Source of the DNA: Trichoplax adhaerens
Lineage: Eukaryota; Animalia; Placozoa
Assembly: GCF_000150275.1 (NCBI RefSeq)
Contig: NW_002060959.1
Location: 804,371 to 868,370, forward strand
Length of the DNA stretch: 64,000 nucleotides
Reading direction: 5' to 3'
Shown: piece by piece, positions 14,001 to 28,800 of the stretch
Numbering within the stretch: position 1 is the first letter of the stretch
How the letters are laid out: each line of letters opens with the position of its first letter
The notes under the pieces: model-generated
Told to the model about the DNA's origin: nothing
The model's database searches: none
What the model saw: only the letters and a program-made list of their open reading frames with translations
Program-made: the position numbers and the translations under genes

Positions 14001-15189
14001 GAGAGTAATGGTAATAACCAGATAATAAAGCCTGCTGAGAAATCACTTTTATACGTACGAGTATATAGTGTAGCTAGCAATCGTATAGTCAGTTTGCTAC
14101 CAATTGAATCTATTTCAATAATAACTCAACTATTAATAATAATTCTTATTATGCTAGCGATATTGCTGCAAGAATGACCCACAGATTGATCCTTTAGTGC
14201 ATTGCTAATTAAGGCATGGTATTAAAGCGTCTCGTCTCGCCACAAGATTCCATATCAATTATCCTAAAATTTATAGATAGCGTCATTATTAAATTGAAAG
14301 ACTTTAGTACTGTGATCCATTTTAGGAATCTTTATCATAGCCTAGTTATCTAGGCCGATCTTAATTCAGAAGTCTCATGATTAGACGTTTAGTAATTTTG
14401 AATACCTTAATATGTTGATGAAATTAGCAGATACTAAATCTGATCTTACTCTCTGTGCTTTTATAAATGCTTTGCTATCCGTTACTTAGAAGAAACCCTT
14501 CCATTGAAAATTAAATTTGGATTTATAGATAAATTTGCGCTGTTTCAGTTCGTTCAAAGAACTAAATAACTGAACAATTGATGTAGCACTTGCAGTACTA
14601 AGTACGAGATCCTTTTAAACTCTACGGACTTACTCAAAATATTGCGTGAATACAGCTAGTTGAGTCTTATATATTGTTGATTCTATAATATCTTGGGTTA
14701 ATTGTTTCTATCATACCTACACAAACAGCAAGCTGATATCGAAAATAAATTGGATTCGCCGACTAAAACGAATTAGTTAAGTGAATAGATCGCTAGAGAG
14801 GTAGTGCACTAAGCCATTCACATATATATATTAAACTTTGCTGAATCTTTCTAAAATTCTAAAAGTAATTGCTGATTTCAGACATTCGCAAGCACGCCGC
14901 TAAATACAAGAAAATCAATTAATTATCAAGCATTTGTACATTAGATAGTTTTTGCTATAGTACTAATTTAAACGACAAAGAATTGCTTTATATAATCATG
15001 ACGATAGGAGAGCGTGAGTATTTAGAGTCGTACTGTGGGTTAATCTTAGAGAGTATAAACCTGACAGTAGACTCGTAGTATAATTTCTATAATAGTTTTA
15101 GCATTTCCTCGTTACAGATTCCGATTCGTAACAAGTACAATTGCATGATTTATGACAGAAACCTTATTAGTTTCCATGATCGTACGCAA

Positions 15190-15239
15190 NNNNNNNNNNN
15201 NNNNNNNNNNNNNNNNNNNNNNNNNNNNNNNNNNNNNNN
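15190..15239. other. Assembly gap (50 N)
   Basis: Run of 50 N characters. Confidence 1.
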
Positions 15240-18200
15240 TAATATACTACAGATACTCCACATATAATCTACTGTAGAGTAGTATAAATTTTCAAGAAAC
15301 GAAGACAACATTTCGATAAAATTCTAACCACGTTAGCACTTGTACTTCATGCATGACAGGTTTGCACGAGTATCATGACTCCTGTAATAAAAGTATACTA
15401 AGCAGCCAAGTTTCAGGAAATTCTGATATAAGAAATAATAAATGAAAACTAAAGCTAGTAATGGCCCTAGGTGGAACTTCTTATCGATTATATTAAATAC
15501 AGTATAAAATGTCTTAAAAGAAGATATGGCTATTTTCAGATTTAAATGGCAAAACTGAATCTATGTGCTCTAGATAAAATTCTAAATTAGGTGATTTTAT
15601 GCGATTAGACTATACAAAAATTGCCTACAACGTTACAGAAATCGTCTTTTACCTTCATAGTGAAATTATTTAATTTTTAATGAATTAAGGTGCCTTATGA
15701 GTGTAGTTGTACCAATATATACGCATTTGTGGGTTATGTCGTATCGAAACCACACTGTTTTCTTATTTGTTACTTTATTATAGAATTTACGCGTTTATTA
15801 TTTTATAAGTACAATTTATATAACATATGCAAGATATATCAAACGTCATAAAAACATCTGCTAAAATTATCAATCATTAGCATAATAGTAGCATGGGCCT
15901 GACTTTATTCAAGCAACGCCAAAAAAAACAATAGGGGGGTGAAACATAAGCTAAATTAATTATAAATGTCTAATATCACTTTAATTAGATTTAGGTACTG
16001 TCCATGCCTCAAATGCTGCTACTTTCTGTCAGTAAACACTTATTTCTTACAGTGACCTGTTACTGCAAATCGAATCAAGAATTATGGCCTTATGTTGTTT
16101 CTTTTTCATATTCATTAGTTAGCTAATATCAAATTAATTTAAAATTAATATATTTAATTAAAACTGATTATAATATTTATACCTCCCTCAGATTTCTTTC
16201 CACCAACCATTAAATCCGTAATAATTACATTTTAATTCTCATGATATTGATATAATTACATTTGGTACAAATTATATTAAATTAAACTTTCACGCTATCA
16301 AATTAAGGATCACGTCTGATTGTTTCATTCAATTATTCTTAAATAATTTAAATCACTAAGTCAATGGATATCAAACCAACACTCAATCTGGTAAGAATAA
16401 TTTATAATTTGCCAAAATTCAATAAACTTATAAGATGTTTAGAAAGTCTTCCACTATAACTTTAAAAAAAAATATACCCAAAAATCTGTAAGTTATTGCA
16501 AAACATTTTGCACCTATCTCAAATTCTAGCGCACAAAATGTGAAGCTAAGCCGGAGAAGCAAAATTGTCGCAGCCTACTTAGTACATTATGGATTTGTCA
16601 GTAATAGTAAAAGCAATATCGTTAACGCAATTTCAAATGCGCATTCTTAAGACCCTTTCGAAGCATTTAAAATACTTATATTATACAATGTGCATCATAC
16701 CAACTATTAACCAATATCAAGCAAAAATAAGGCTCAGTTTTTATATCACATTAATTTTATTTATTTTCTAAGATGAATATTTTATTCAATAAATTTAGAT
16801 TATGATCTATATTCGAACTAATTGAAATATTTCAATATCTCACAAGTAGCAATCTAATTTGTTAATTTTGTTACTATACGAGTAATATGAAAAATGGAAA
16901 TAAAAATATCGAAGCTACTAACTTTCCCAAAGAATTATTGTTATGTCTCAATTAATTTAAAATTGGTAAAAATATTTTTCAATACGTTTGCTGTACATCA
17001 CTGATCAAGGTCTATTTAGCTATATTACTAATGTGCATGTACTATACCGTACATAAAATTAAAAGGAACTCCAATCTCAATCCCAAAGCACCAATGAAAA
17101 TCGTATTCATTGCAAAGCTGATCTTTCAATTCAATTATTTCAATATGATGTAATTCCTCATTAATTACCTTAATTTGAATTTCTCTTGCCATAAATTCCA
17201 TAAAACTGCAATACTAATCATTTCCTGATAATAAATAATAACCTTGACTCTTATTTGCCATATCATTCAAGCGAGAATTTATAAATTCTACGCTTGATAC
17301 TGATTATAATATACTCGTGTAAGGTAATTATGTAATTTAATGCTACTTCTATGCATCTTAATTCTCTTAAGCATTAATAATTTAAGCTTAATCATATCGA
17401 ATAAAACTGAGCTAGCTAGATTTATTTCATTCTTTCCACCAAATATGAGACCTATAGCTTTCAGCAATATTGCCATGAATCCTAAATTCAGCTCCCGTAT
17501 ATAACGTCTATTCATATTTTGAGCCTTATTAATATCGTTAATTTATTCAAATCTTGCAGAAGGATTGATGATAGTTTTCAACCTTAATTTTAGTATTGCT
17601 ACACATTTAATACAATTATTAATCATTCTTTTCTGTATGACGTTATTACAGATTCGAGCCTAAGCTCCTTGAAATTTAAATATTTTTTCCATGATCAACA
17701 CTCTTAGATGTAAATTTGGGTAAAGTTATACACCATTCATAAACATTAAGGTTTCATTTGTGAAAGATATCACACGGTTGTAATTTAATATGATATCATC
17801 CTATTTAAATTATTTGGACATCTGATATACAAATAAAAGCCAATACAGTTGTGATTTATAGCAATGATAATACGTCAGAAGATCATCTACTTTGCACGCA
17901 ATGTATGTAAAAGATGATACAGAAGAGAATAATTAGCTACTAGGCGAAAGATATTCAAAATCATGATAATGATTTCCATCCAAAATTTATTTTAATTCAT
18001 ATATGCATGTATGATGCCTTATTTTTCATGTCGTTAAAAGCAGTTTGAGCCAAGATCCAAGATACTAATACAAATCTTGATGAAAACATAGTAGTTTAAT
18101 AAATCTACCAAAGAGCTATTTATTTTAGTATATTGCAGTATTCAGCAGAATAATGTAGTTTGACCATAAATTAAAAAAAATATTAGCTAATACTTTCTCC

Positions 18201-21200
18201 CAGTGTTAATTTACAACCAAAAAATATAAAAACAAAAAGGGATTTTTTATAATGGCGATAATATTTCTTTGTCTTATAAGATATTTCTTGTTACGCTGCG
18301 TTTACAATTCAAATTCTTTACTAATGTATATTCAGTAGGAATTAGCCATGCATTATTGTCTTGTTAAATCATAAAGCTCTTTAGTAGCTGCATTGATTAT
18401 TATATAGAAAGAGAAACCTACTAGCTATCGATTCATAGTCTTGGAGATTGCAACGCCTCGTGTGTATGTATAGTTAATATAATCACTTGCTATAAAATCT
18501 TAACCAGATCTCAGCAATCATAACGTTAAAATTTAAGAATGTTGCCTTAGATTTTATTATTAATAACTTTAGCTTGTTTTGAATATAGAAATCCTGCATA
18601 TACTTCGCTATTAGCCTAGCATAATGAATATAATAATTATTTTACTTAAAGAGCTGAAATGCAACAATTCGAACCATGACGGCTCCTTTGTACAGTTAAA
18701 ATGCAATGAGTAGAAGAAGTATTAAGAAAGTCCTTGATAGCGTATTTGAGTAGAAAAGGAATCATAGAGTCAGCAGTAAGTCATCTATTATGCAAATAAA
18801 CCATAACCTTTCGATGGCTAACCGACTTTGCTAGGTAATACACGCCTCAATTTTTATTGCAGCAATGTAATATTAAGTTACTAATGCAAAAAATCTGAGG
18901 ACTTTTTAACCCTTTTAATGTGAGAATCTAGATGTACTATAAAGAGAATTATATACAGCAATCATCTTCAAAAGCATCTTAAGAGATGCTTGAGGCAAAC
19001 ATAGCCTATATTTTTATCAGTAAATACAAAATACGTTATATATGATACTACTATACTTATACTATAGTTAACGCCACTACGACTAATAATCTATGCGAGA
19101 GAGCAAACCCAATATTAAAATGGCATTTACAAGCACATTGCATAACATATTTCTTCTTGAGTAAGATTAGACTGCCAGTCACTTACAGTATAAATACCAT
19201 TTGAACTTAAAATTGGCAGTACATTTTAACTTTGATTATACATCATCATGTCTCTGAATCGTTCGAGGATTGAACTTGAGCATATCTAGTTTGGGGGCAT
19301 GCTAATTTATAAGATGCTAACAATTAGCTCTTCGCTGAAGAACTAATATTAAAGAAGTCAACTCCAATACTACGAATACACGTACGCCGCATTTCCCTTG
19401 GTGCAAAACAGAAAATGAGACCATTAGGTCAAATACTGCTACAAATTGAGTCTTTTGATGTGGTTGCAAAATACCATCACATCAGCAAATTACGGACTTG
19501 TATTATAAATCTATACCGTTATTTTTGTATTATACAAGCTAGTGCTATTACGTTAGTTTTCTAGCACAACGCAGCAACCAATCTAATGCAAAAACGATGC
19601 TATCACTATTTCGTCTCTACTTTTACTCTTCTGCTTATGCTGGTGAACACAAATTAAAAAGCAATTTAGTGCTAATAAAGAGAGCACTATTCGTGATAGC
19701 AGAATCGTGAATCTATCCGAAAATTTTGTCTTTGAATAATTGATTTCCCAGACGGACAAAATTATGAAATTGAAATTAAATGGGTACGTAATCATTGTTT
19801 TTTATCTGAAAGTAAAAATTTTATCAGAATATCACGAACGCCGGTTATTGTAATTATTCATGTAAAAATGGATGATGAGACTGATCTTCCTTCCGCCTAA
19901 TGAAAGCAATGAATCTTCTTGCTTAACGTCTAAAATCTTCGACGTTGTAAGAACTTGAAATGATAGCATAGCCAGCCGCGGTCAGTAACGATAATAACAT
20001 CCATAGAGTTTTACGACTAGGATGTAAATATCTTAATATTAATTACGAAAAATTGAAAAGCACTGGCATACATACTACGTTGTAATATGAGGTATACTAG
20101 TAGAGTTGAGTATTATTATAATAAATTCATAATTTCAGTCCCATGGAAGTAAGGGAAGCATATCGGAACTGAGATATTGAATTTATTTCAATAAACTAAT
20201 ATAAACTGTATAATTTTGAAAATGCTGTATCGATCAATCAACTTTCATTTCATTGTAAGGGACACAATCGCTTTGAGACGATGATCATGATGATTTTATC
20301 TATCAACTGATTTATATATGAGTGTCATTTAATATCAGCATGAACTGTCATTAATACGGCAACCGGTCGATTGAAATCTGCTAAGTTTTTAAACTGATAC
20401 TTTCTTCGAATTGATCTTTTTTACAATATTTTGCAGAGTATTTTAGGCTAAGCAAATTTCGTGCTAAGATTTGCCGATATCCTCACATATTCACTACAGA
20501 AATTATGCCGTAGCGTTGGTGAATTTATTTATTATTAAGGTATTCTTGTCACACAAATCATGCAATTTGCTAAGCAACTGTAAAGAAATTTAGAATGATC
20601 TCCTTCAATTTTGATTGCATCTTCGTTTGTTGATACTGTCGTACAGGTGAAAATGTGTGACGATTTTTTATGTGCATATTGTTTAGTCAGAAACGGCACG
20701 GGAACTTGTAAATTTGAAGTATTACATTTTAGCTCAGGCTCATAAATAGGCAATTTATCAATTTTATAAGCTTTCAAACAATAAAGATTGACCAATGTAT
20801 GCTAAATACTTTTCTCGTATCGGAATATAGTCGTAGGTGTCTTTAAATTCAAGGTCCAATAATATAGCAGAATTACTATCAACTACAACAATTTCAACAT
20901 CTATAACTATTCTCTACTAACTGTTAAATATTGTATTATAAAAAGTGACAACATATAAGCTCCAGTAGGATGGTGATAAACTGTCTAATAAATACTGTTG
21001 GCTATTCCAGGCTAAGGTAAAAATATTAAGAATTTATAGTTTAAAATGCAATTTACCTTCGCTAAATGTTCCAAATTGTGTTTAGCCAACGAGCATGACT
21101 TCTTTGATAATACTGAATATCTTACCATGTACCAATTAGTAAGTTCGATCGCCACAACAATTTCTATCGGAATCTTCTCATTAAAACAGTTATACCAAAG

Positions 21201-22870
21201 CCAGAATGATTGAAATTACATCCAACTTTATTCACGCATTCCGAAACAGGATTAAAATGCAATAAAAAATTGTAACACTTTTTATTCAGATGATATATGA
21301 AGAATAAACTGCTTAGCTAGTAAGTAAACCTCGACGAAACTATTGCGGATAATAAATGCTAGATAAATCAATTAATAATTAATTAGCAAAAGACGTCATT
21401 ACTACGTATTTACTACTACGTAAGCTATTATGATAAATCTATGCAATAATTGAAATTATATATCAATGTTAGACTCTTCATAGAATTAGCCCCAACATTG
21501 CTAGTAAATCTTCAAATAAATTATAATATATTAGGCTGTAATAATGTCCAAAAAGTTAGTATATCGGTATATGATGGTCAAATAGACAACAGTAATAAAA
21601 TTGAAGACACATAGTATGAATATACGTCATCACATTCGTAATGGCATATATAATGTTAATTGGATTTTGGTATCCACGCTTATTATTATCGTATTTATAA
21701 ATTTAGGAAATAATGCGTTAGAACAAAGTAGCTATTCTTGCTGTTACTACTGAATAGGTCGGTGATAATCTAATTACTTGCCACGCTTATCAACATGATG
21801 ATAAACTTCCTCCGGCTAGTTTATTCCTAAAATTCGATTACCTTCTTCGAAGGGACGCTTATAATTGGTCCTTATTGCACAATTTATGATTTATAATTTG
21901 ATCATTATATTATATTGACTATCGTAGTGAACTTTATCAACTGTCGGTCTTCATCTATTCATTATTAAGATTCGCAATTAACATTACGGTAGTCAATATT
22001 TTGGACGATATCCTAAATATAAAATTCTATGAGCTCAATTTTTGTCGCAAAAGTTTTAATCAAACTCTAATAAAAACATTCCTTTATCTAATATAATATC
22101 ACATTTATTAAGATTGTGCATGCTAAACTTAGGTAAACGTAGATTATAAAATCACCAATGGAGCCAAATAGTGGAATCTTTAAGTATGTGCAAGATATGA
22201 TTCAAAGTAAATACAATTTTGATAAAATTATTGCAGTATTTAGCAATAGTTTTAGTTTTTGCTATTATGAGTCTGATGGCCAGCGATTTACAGATTACTT
22301 TTGCCAAATCTGCTTTAATGTTCTGATATTCTAAAATTCTAAAAGTTGAAATTTTGGACTTAACACAAGTTTTTGTTATCACATAAAAGAATTATTAATC
22401 GCTTAAAAATAGAACTTTCGTTAACGATTGCAAATAAAATCTTGTGTCATAAAACATAATAGTACATATCTTGGAACGGTTTGAGGTATTAAACTTACTT
22501 TAGACGTAGTGCAAGAGCTATTAAAATCTCACTTTACATAATTTGACAGAGGTAGCATATTTCTAATTATAAAGTCATGGTCATTTAAAAAAGTGAACAT
22601 AATCATTAGATCTAATTTGCCTTTTAAAACGATTAGATACGTTGAAGTTTTGTACTTGAAATGGAATCACTTTGCCTTCAAAAGGTTTATTATTCCTTTT
22701 AGCATACTTTATTTCGTCATTATTCTTAATTTATAGAGTGCATATATTCTTTTGTTTTAAAAATATCTTAGCGTGAGCTGTAATCATTTAGGAAGAGTCT
22801 GTATAATTCCGATACCGATTATAAGAAAAGGATCTTTATAGAAGAATAAGCGTGACAAATCTAAAAGTAA

Positions 22871-25800
22871 CTAATACTTCGACATCTTGCTATCATCATC
22901 ATCATCGCTAAGGCTTTCTTTATCTTCGATATCACTATTATCACTTTCTTGATTCCCTACAAATAAACAAAACATGATATTGCTTTTTAAGTGTGTGATC
23001 AATTACCGTACATATTTATGACATAGCAACTTTTTGTTCTAAAATCTGATATGGAATCGGTATTTTTCTAATACTTTTAATGCCTTTTTATTCTTCAATA
23101 TGTTTTATTTCTCATATAATTGAAATAAAGATCATAGTAAAATTCAAGATTACTAAAATATTTGTTACCTTCACCTGGGCTCTTCTGCTTTAATCTTCGC
23201 CATTTAGCTCGACGATTCTATTTGATGAAATTTAATCTAGTTAGTGTAAAAACTATTAGGTAGCAGCTAGGTATGATATATTTACACTATAATATTAACA
23301 ATCCATCGCAAGTACAATTAATTTATGCTGCAGTTAAATGTAATTAACAAATCCATTAGAGCAGCTAATCTTGGCCTAATATTTCTCTGCTAATGAGGTT
23401 ACTAACAGTTCAGTCTGCTTTTTGTCAATTTGGTGCAGTTTCAGATTAGCTTAAGAATAAAATTATAGGATTGTGCGAAAATATATGAATTGAACGTTTA
23501 ATTGTAAGATTGTATAAGTATTTATAAGTATAAGATGACTGCAGTACATATTGTAGATAATTCTATTGAGGTATTTAATTAAGATTTCGAGATATAGGTT
23601 GTGCGAGGTACCGTCTGTGACGGTAAGATTAGTATTGTGACGGTTAATTAGAAATACGAATTACGAACAGATCGCGATAGTGAATTTAGATCTAATCCGA
23701 TGATTTAATTGCCATGGTATAGTTGTGTTGCTAAAGAAATTATTCTGTAACTGATTGTGCATAAATTGTATATATAATTCATGAAATTAGCGATAACAAT
23801 TTAGATAGTCTAATTCTAACTAGATAGTTCTTGGTATTTGTAGGACGAACCTTATTTATAAGTAATATAGTGATATTTATAAGAAACTGTAGCTCTTGTT
23901 TTATTATTTTGAAGACACTTTATTACAGTCAAATAATTCACGTGAGATAGTTACTAATGAAAGGAAAATAAAACGAATTATTTCATTTTCCAACAGATTG
24001 CTAAGGTATTGCTTTGCTTGCGATAAATGAATATGTATAAGTGCAACATGCGCTGATCAATTATAGAAAATCTGACGTCGATACATAGTCTAGTGTTGCC
24101 AAGTCATGTATGAGATACATTCTACTACTACTCTTATTATGAGCAAACTAGGATATTACAGGTAAATTGGCCTCTCAGTTATTACTCTTTATATCTGCAA
24201 CCAAATATTGCCATACATACAGAAACTAAGATCAGTCTATGGCAAATCGAAAAAATATCACGAAAACAAGCTATCGCTTACCTGAAACCATGTTTTAACT
24301 TGTTTTTCAGTTAATTTCACTCGCGCAGCTAACAACTTTCTCTCGTTTGGTGACAAATACTTATGTGTTTCAAACTTCTTTTCTAGATCCGTTGTTTGAT
24401 TAACTGAAAATCGAATCTGTCCACCTTTACGTTTACTGAATCCTTGGCGAGTGGCATAATCCATCCATTCAAGGTTCATATAATTAACAACTATGAAAAC
24501 ATTCAAGAGTCCTTTTAGTTTACAAAAAACAAAGTGATCGATTGGTAATATTAACAATTGTTATAGCATATACATAGCGCCATAATGCACTTGGAACTCT
24601 TAATTTGAAAGACTCATCACTCATATTATTTTCAATATAGGATTGTATATTATCTCGACCAGAGAATACAGTATTTCAGTTTATTTTTCTTTCATGTTAC
24701 ACTAATGTGGCTGTGTTCACGAGCTCAGATAAATGATAAAGATAAAATGCTACATAAAGTATGGCAATATGCAAAATTGACCATCACATTGGTTGATTTT
24801 AATGAGCTTTTTGGTTTTAATTGCGTTTTGTTTGCTCCAAGTAATCATAGCATCAAGAGAAATATTTCATTTAGAGCACAGAATGGCACTTTTGAAAACA
24901 TTTCTACATAATTCATGTCGTCCATTTGCATAGGCACGTACGTATGTTACCAAATGGTGGTCTTTATCAGATTTGATTTATGATCGTATCAGGTATTTAT
25001 GCACGTATTGATATTTAGCCACCACAAGTTCCTGTTAATTCTTCGAAGCAGTCATTTTATTAAACACTATCGGATTGGCATTTTAAGAAACAAATGCTAT
25101 GCTGTTATCTAAATATTACGGTAATTTTAAAAAGTTGACCGATCGATCTCACCTACGTAGTAAGTGCAAAGATATCTAGTACAAAATTTTAAGTTAAGCT
25201 TATAGCAAGAATGAAATGATCTGTAACACAGCAATGAGTATATGTATATTTTATAATATTCATCAGATAGGCTCATAGTGTTTGAAACAAATTTGGAAAA
25301 GGAAATTCTTATTTGTCACATATGCAGTAGTTTCAATAGTACCTACAGGTTTAAATATTCCAGCTATTGCCACTTATATAAGCATTACAAAAATGTAAAT
25401 ATTACTAAGAATATTCAACCGCTCCAAAAAGAGTTACTGTACGATTATCACTCTGCTATGTCACCGTGATGCTTTTTTTCACGTTAGTCATCATGTTTAT
25501 TTGTTTACAATTTTACAAATGAAGTCATTATACTATTATTGTTTAATTTATTCAGTTCCAACTCTATTTTACAATTCCATGATTTGATGATGTCATACTA
25601 TAATATATCGATTATGTATCTTATCATTATTGAATATGACTATTGTAACAATTACTTACTGATATGCTAGTGTAATAATGTCATAATATATAATGTATCG
25701 ACTATAGATTTTGTCAGAAATAGATATCACTATTGCAAAAATAAATTATTGATATACTGCCTGTGCTATTTTTCAAGTCATTACTTCCCACCAATTCACC

Positions 25801-28800
25801 ATGTAACTCGTAATTTTATATGGAACGTTGCAATAGCTGTAATAATCTCCTAAACTCCATCGTAATGCAGATTATATTGTAGTAGTAGCATGTTGTATTA
25901 ATGCTTGTTATTGAACTTTAGAAGAGTTTTTAAGAAAGGAATATTTTAATACAGCGATTTTAGATACTTCCGATGAAAAATATTTAGCGTTAGAGTATCC
26001 TGTTTCTATAGCTTTTAGTAAATAGAATTATCAAATTTAATGATGATATTTTTAGAACGCTATAGAGTTAAAAAAGCGGAATAATTTATTTCCAATGCCT
26101 TCAAGCATAATAATAATCAGGAAGTGCCAAATAGTACGTGATCAATCGTTAGACGTATTAAAGCATAGCTTCAGTAACTCGTTGATTATCTTAAAAATAA
26201 ACAAATGCAATAAATTTAGAACAATAACGAACAGGTAAAGAAAATGATGTCACTAGATTATGCCTAAATAATTTTTTCAATATATAAGCAGTTATTAATT
26301 ATCACAAGACCGTTCTACACAATCGCTCAATCCTACTATGCTGTAATAATCAAGTAAATGAACACAACTCTAAAAGCTGATGATGATGAAATTTCTAGCA
26401 GAGCACGTCAGTCTGATCAATCTGTTTGCTTTAATAAATATTAGTTGTTTTTTATTAGTTTCAGGTAGATCCAATGCCAGCAGAAAGAAGGCTAATAGTT
26501 ACTTTAAATAGAACTACTATTTAAGTTAGTGTACTAAAATGATGTCATAAGCATGTAAATAATGGATCTAATTATTATTTTTATTATAACTTGAAAATAA
26601 GGTCATTGGATCGCGAGTAAAGTGAATTATAAGGAAGCAATAGTTGATAAGATAATGATAAATTTCCAGTGTTGTCGTGAATGACGAATAAAATAGGACT
26701 TTAGAATAGGTATATTATCGTATCAATTTTGCAATTTGGCAATGGGATAACCAAGATTATTAAATTTTTCTCGTTTAAAATGTTCGCACAATAGACACTT
26801 ACATATAAGAGCTGGTATGAGCAAATGAAATAAAACTTAGTAACTCCATTGTTGCGTCATTTTTTGAGAAGTAAAAGCAGTTCTGCACTGTCATCTTCCT
26901 CAAGTTAAAATTTCAAGTTATTACAACAGTAAAGCAAACAAATACTTATCAGGTAAGGCAATTGCTCATTCTAATACACTATTTCATTATAGTGATACTA
27001 TGGGCTCCTTTGCTATTTGTTCAATTAATCTGGAATTAATTATATCACTAAGTAAAGCTATAAACTCTTACATAAATATCCATCATTTAGTATGTTCAGA
27101 TGAATGCAAAGGGTTCGGGCATTCGACAATAGATTCATTCACTAATTGTCAGAGGATTGACATAATGTAATTCCATTTATGAAATATGGTAAACAGAGCA
27201 TCGATAAGGTTATTATCGGATTATTTATCACAATTAGCGTAGTAATTATGTGTTAGGATCAAAGCTATTCAATTTATTCTATGATCAGTAAAAGGAGGGC
27301 TAAACTTAAATCTTTATTTGTCTTATAACTTTTAAACGATCTACTACGTGCATAGGATAAAAATGGGTATAAAACCAAATTAGTAGAAATATAATTTTTA
27401 GGCATTTCGCCGTCCGATGAGTCATGACGAAGATAGGTTACTTGTTGTAGTGATGCACCTTATATTTGATTATATTGATAGCTATATTAAAAATAGTTAG
27501 GTTTCTAAGAATAGATGTTATCGCGAAGCTAGCATCAGATGATTGCTAATTACGATAGACGTATTAAAATTGTTGATTATTAATATTAGTCAGTCAGCAA
27601 AGTATGGTAAATTGATTGATATGACTTGATACATGATTAAGGTCATTATCAAGATGCTCATCACTTTTACGATGTTACACGTTAATAGAAGAGTTATGAT
27701 ATTTTCAGATTGATTCGTGTTGGAAATAGGAATCATCTAGTTGAGAAAAAGTCTATCGTTCAAGCCAATTATGAGCAACTTTGTTACCGTAAAAAAAAAT
27801 GAAAGGAAACTTATTTAGGAACAGCATAGATGCGCTAGAAGTAGACTAGACTCCACTTCTTTTGAGCTTAGAATACCTTAGGTTAGATTTTGTTCCAATT
27901 AATTATTACTCAACTATTTTTAAACACTGTAGTCAAAGCCTTCATTTAATTTCTACCTGCATGAGAAAATTACTGTTCGAGAATTTAGCAAAGATAGAAT
28001 AGTTGTGAGATACTTTCATTACACTTGCGTATGAGGATACGAGTGTAATTTCTGCATTTCTAAAGGTTTCCCTTAAAAAATAAGGCATCCTGAAGATCAA
28101 TTTTGAAACAAAATTGATCTTTAATCTTAATCTAAGCATTATGCCGTACGAAACAAGATAAATTGTACAAAATTATTTCTTCTCGCTGAAATCGTTAAAC
28201 ATTCGCTATCGTTTCTGATTAATATATATGGCATTCTGAAGGCTAGGTTATTTTTAATCTTAATCCAAGTATTTTCTGCATTTATAGAGATTTTCCTTAA
28301 AATAAGGGATTCCGAGGATCAATTTTGAATCGAAATTAATCCAATTAGTATATTGCATATTACAAGATGAACTGTAAGAAATTATTTCTAGCAGTTGAAA
28401 TTGTTTAACGTTTACGAAAATCTCGAATAGAATCCGTCATTATCACCTATCTACAAGCCTATTTGATGATTGAACACTATCCACAACTCAATTTTAACCG
28501 TGTTAGAATTTGTTTTCCAAAGATCGAAAAGGTAGCAAGCGCGTGCATCTAGGCAACATGTTGATTGTAATTTACATCAACTCTTCCTTAATCAATATTC
28601 GAGCTATCATATTGACTGTTATGTACAAATAAGCAATTCATCTATCAGAATAAGGAAATTAAAATGTAGCCTTTCAGATGCGGAATCGCATCTTTAAAAG
28701 CAATTTCACTTAGATTCAGTGACTGACATCAATAACAGAATAACGGTTATTTTATCGAGGTTAGCAAATAAAACATCTACGTGGGCCTTTCAATATGACG

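Noticed and set aside
20535-20795. 86-aa minus-strand ORF with NEDAIKIEGDH, faintly like the SUI1/DENR IQGD motif
   Set aside because: Non-ATG start, no splice context, and the rest of the SUI1 fold is absent.
26803-26847. Strong donor (GTAAGT) inside Hex intron 1 suggesting an extra exon
   Set aside because: The ATG frame ends in phase 2, incompatible with exon 2. The phase-1 cassette option has no pyrimidine tract and encodes nothing recognisable.
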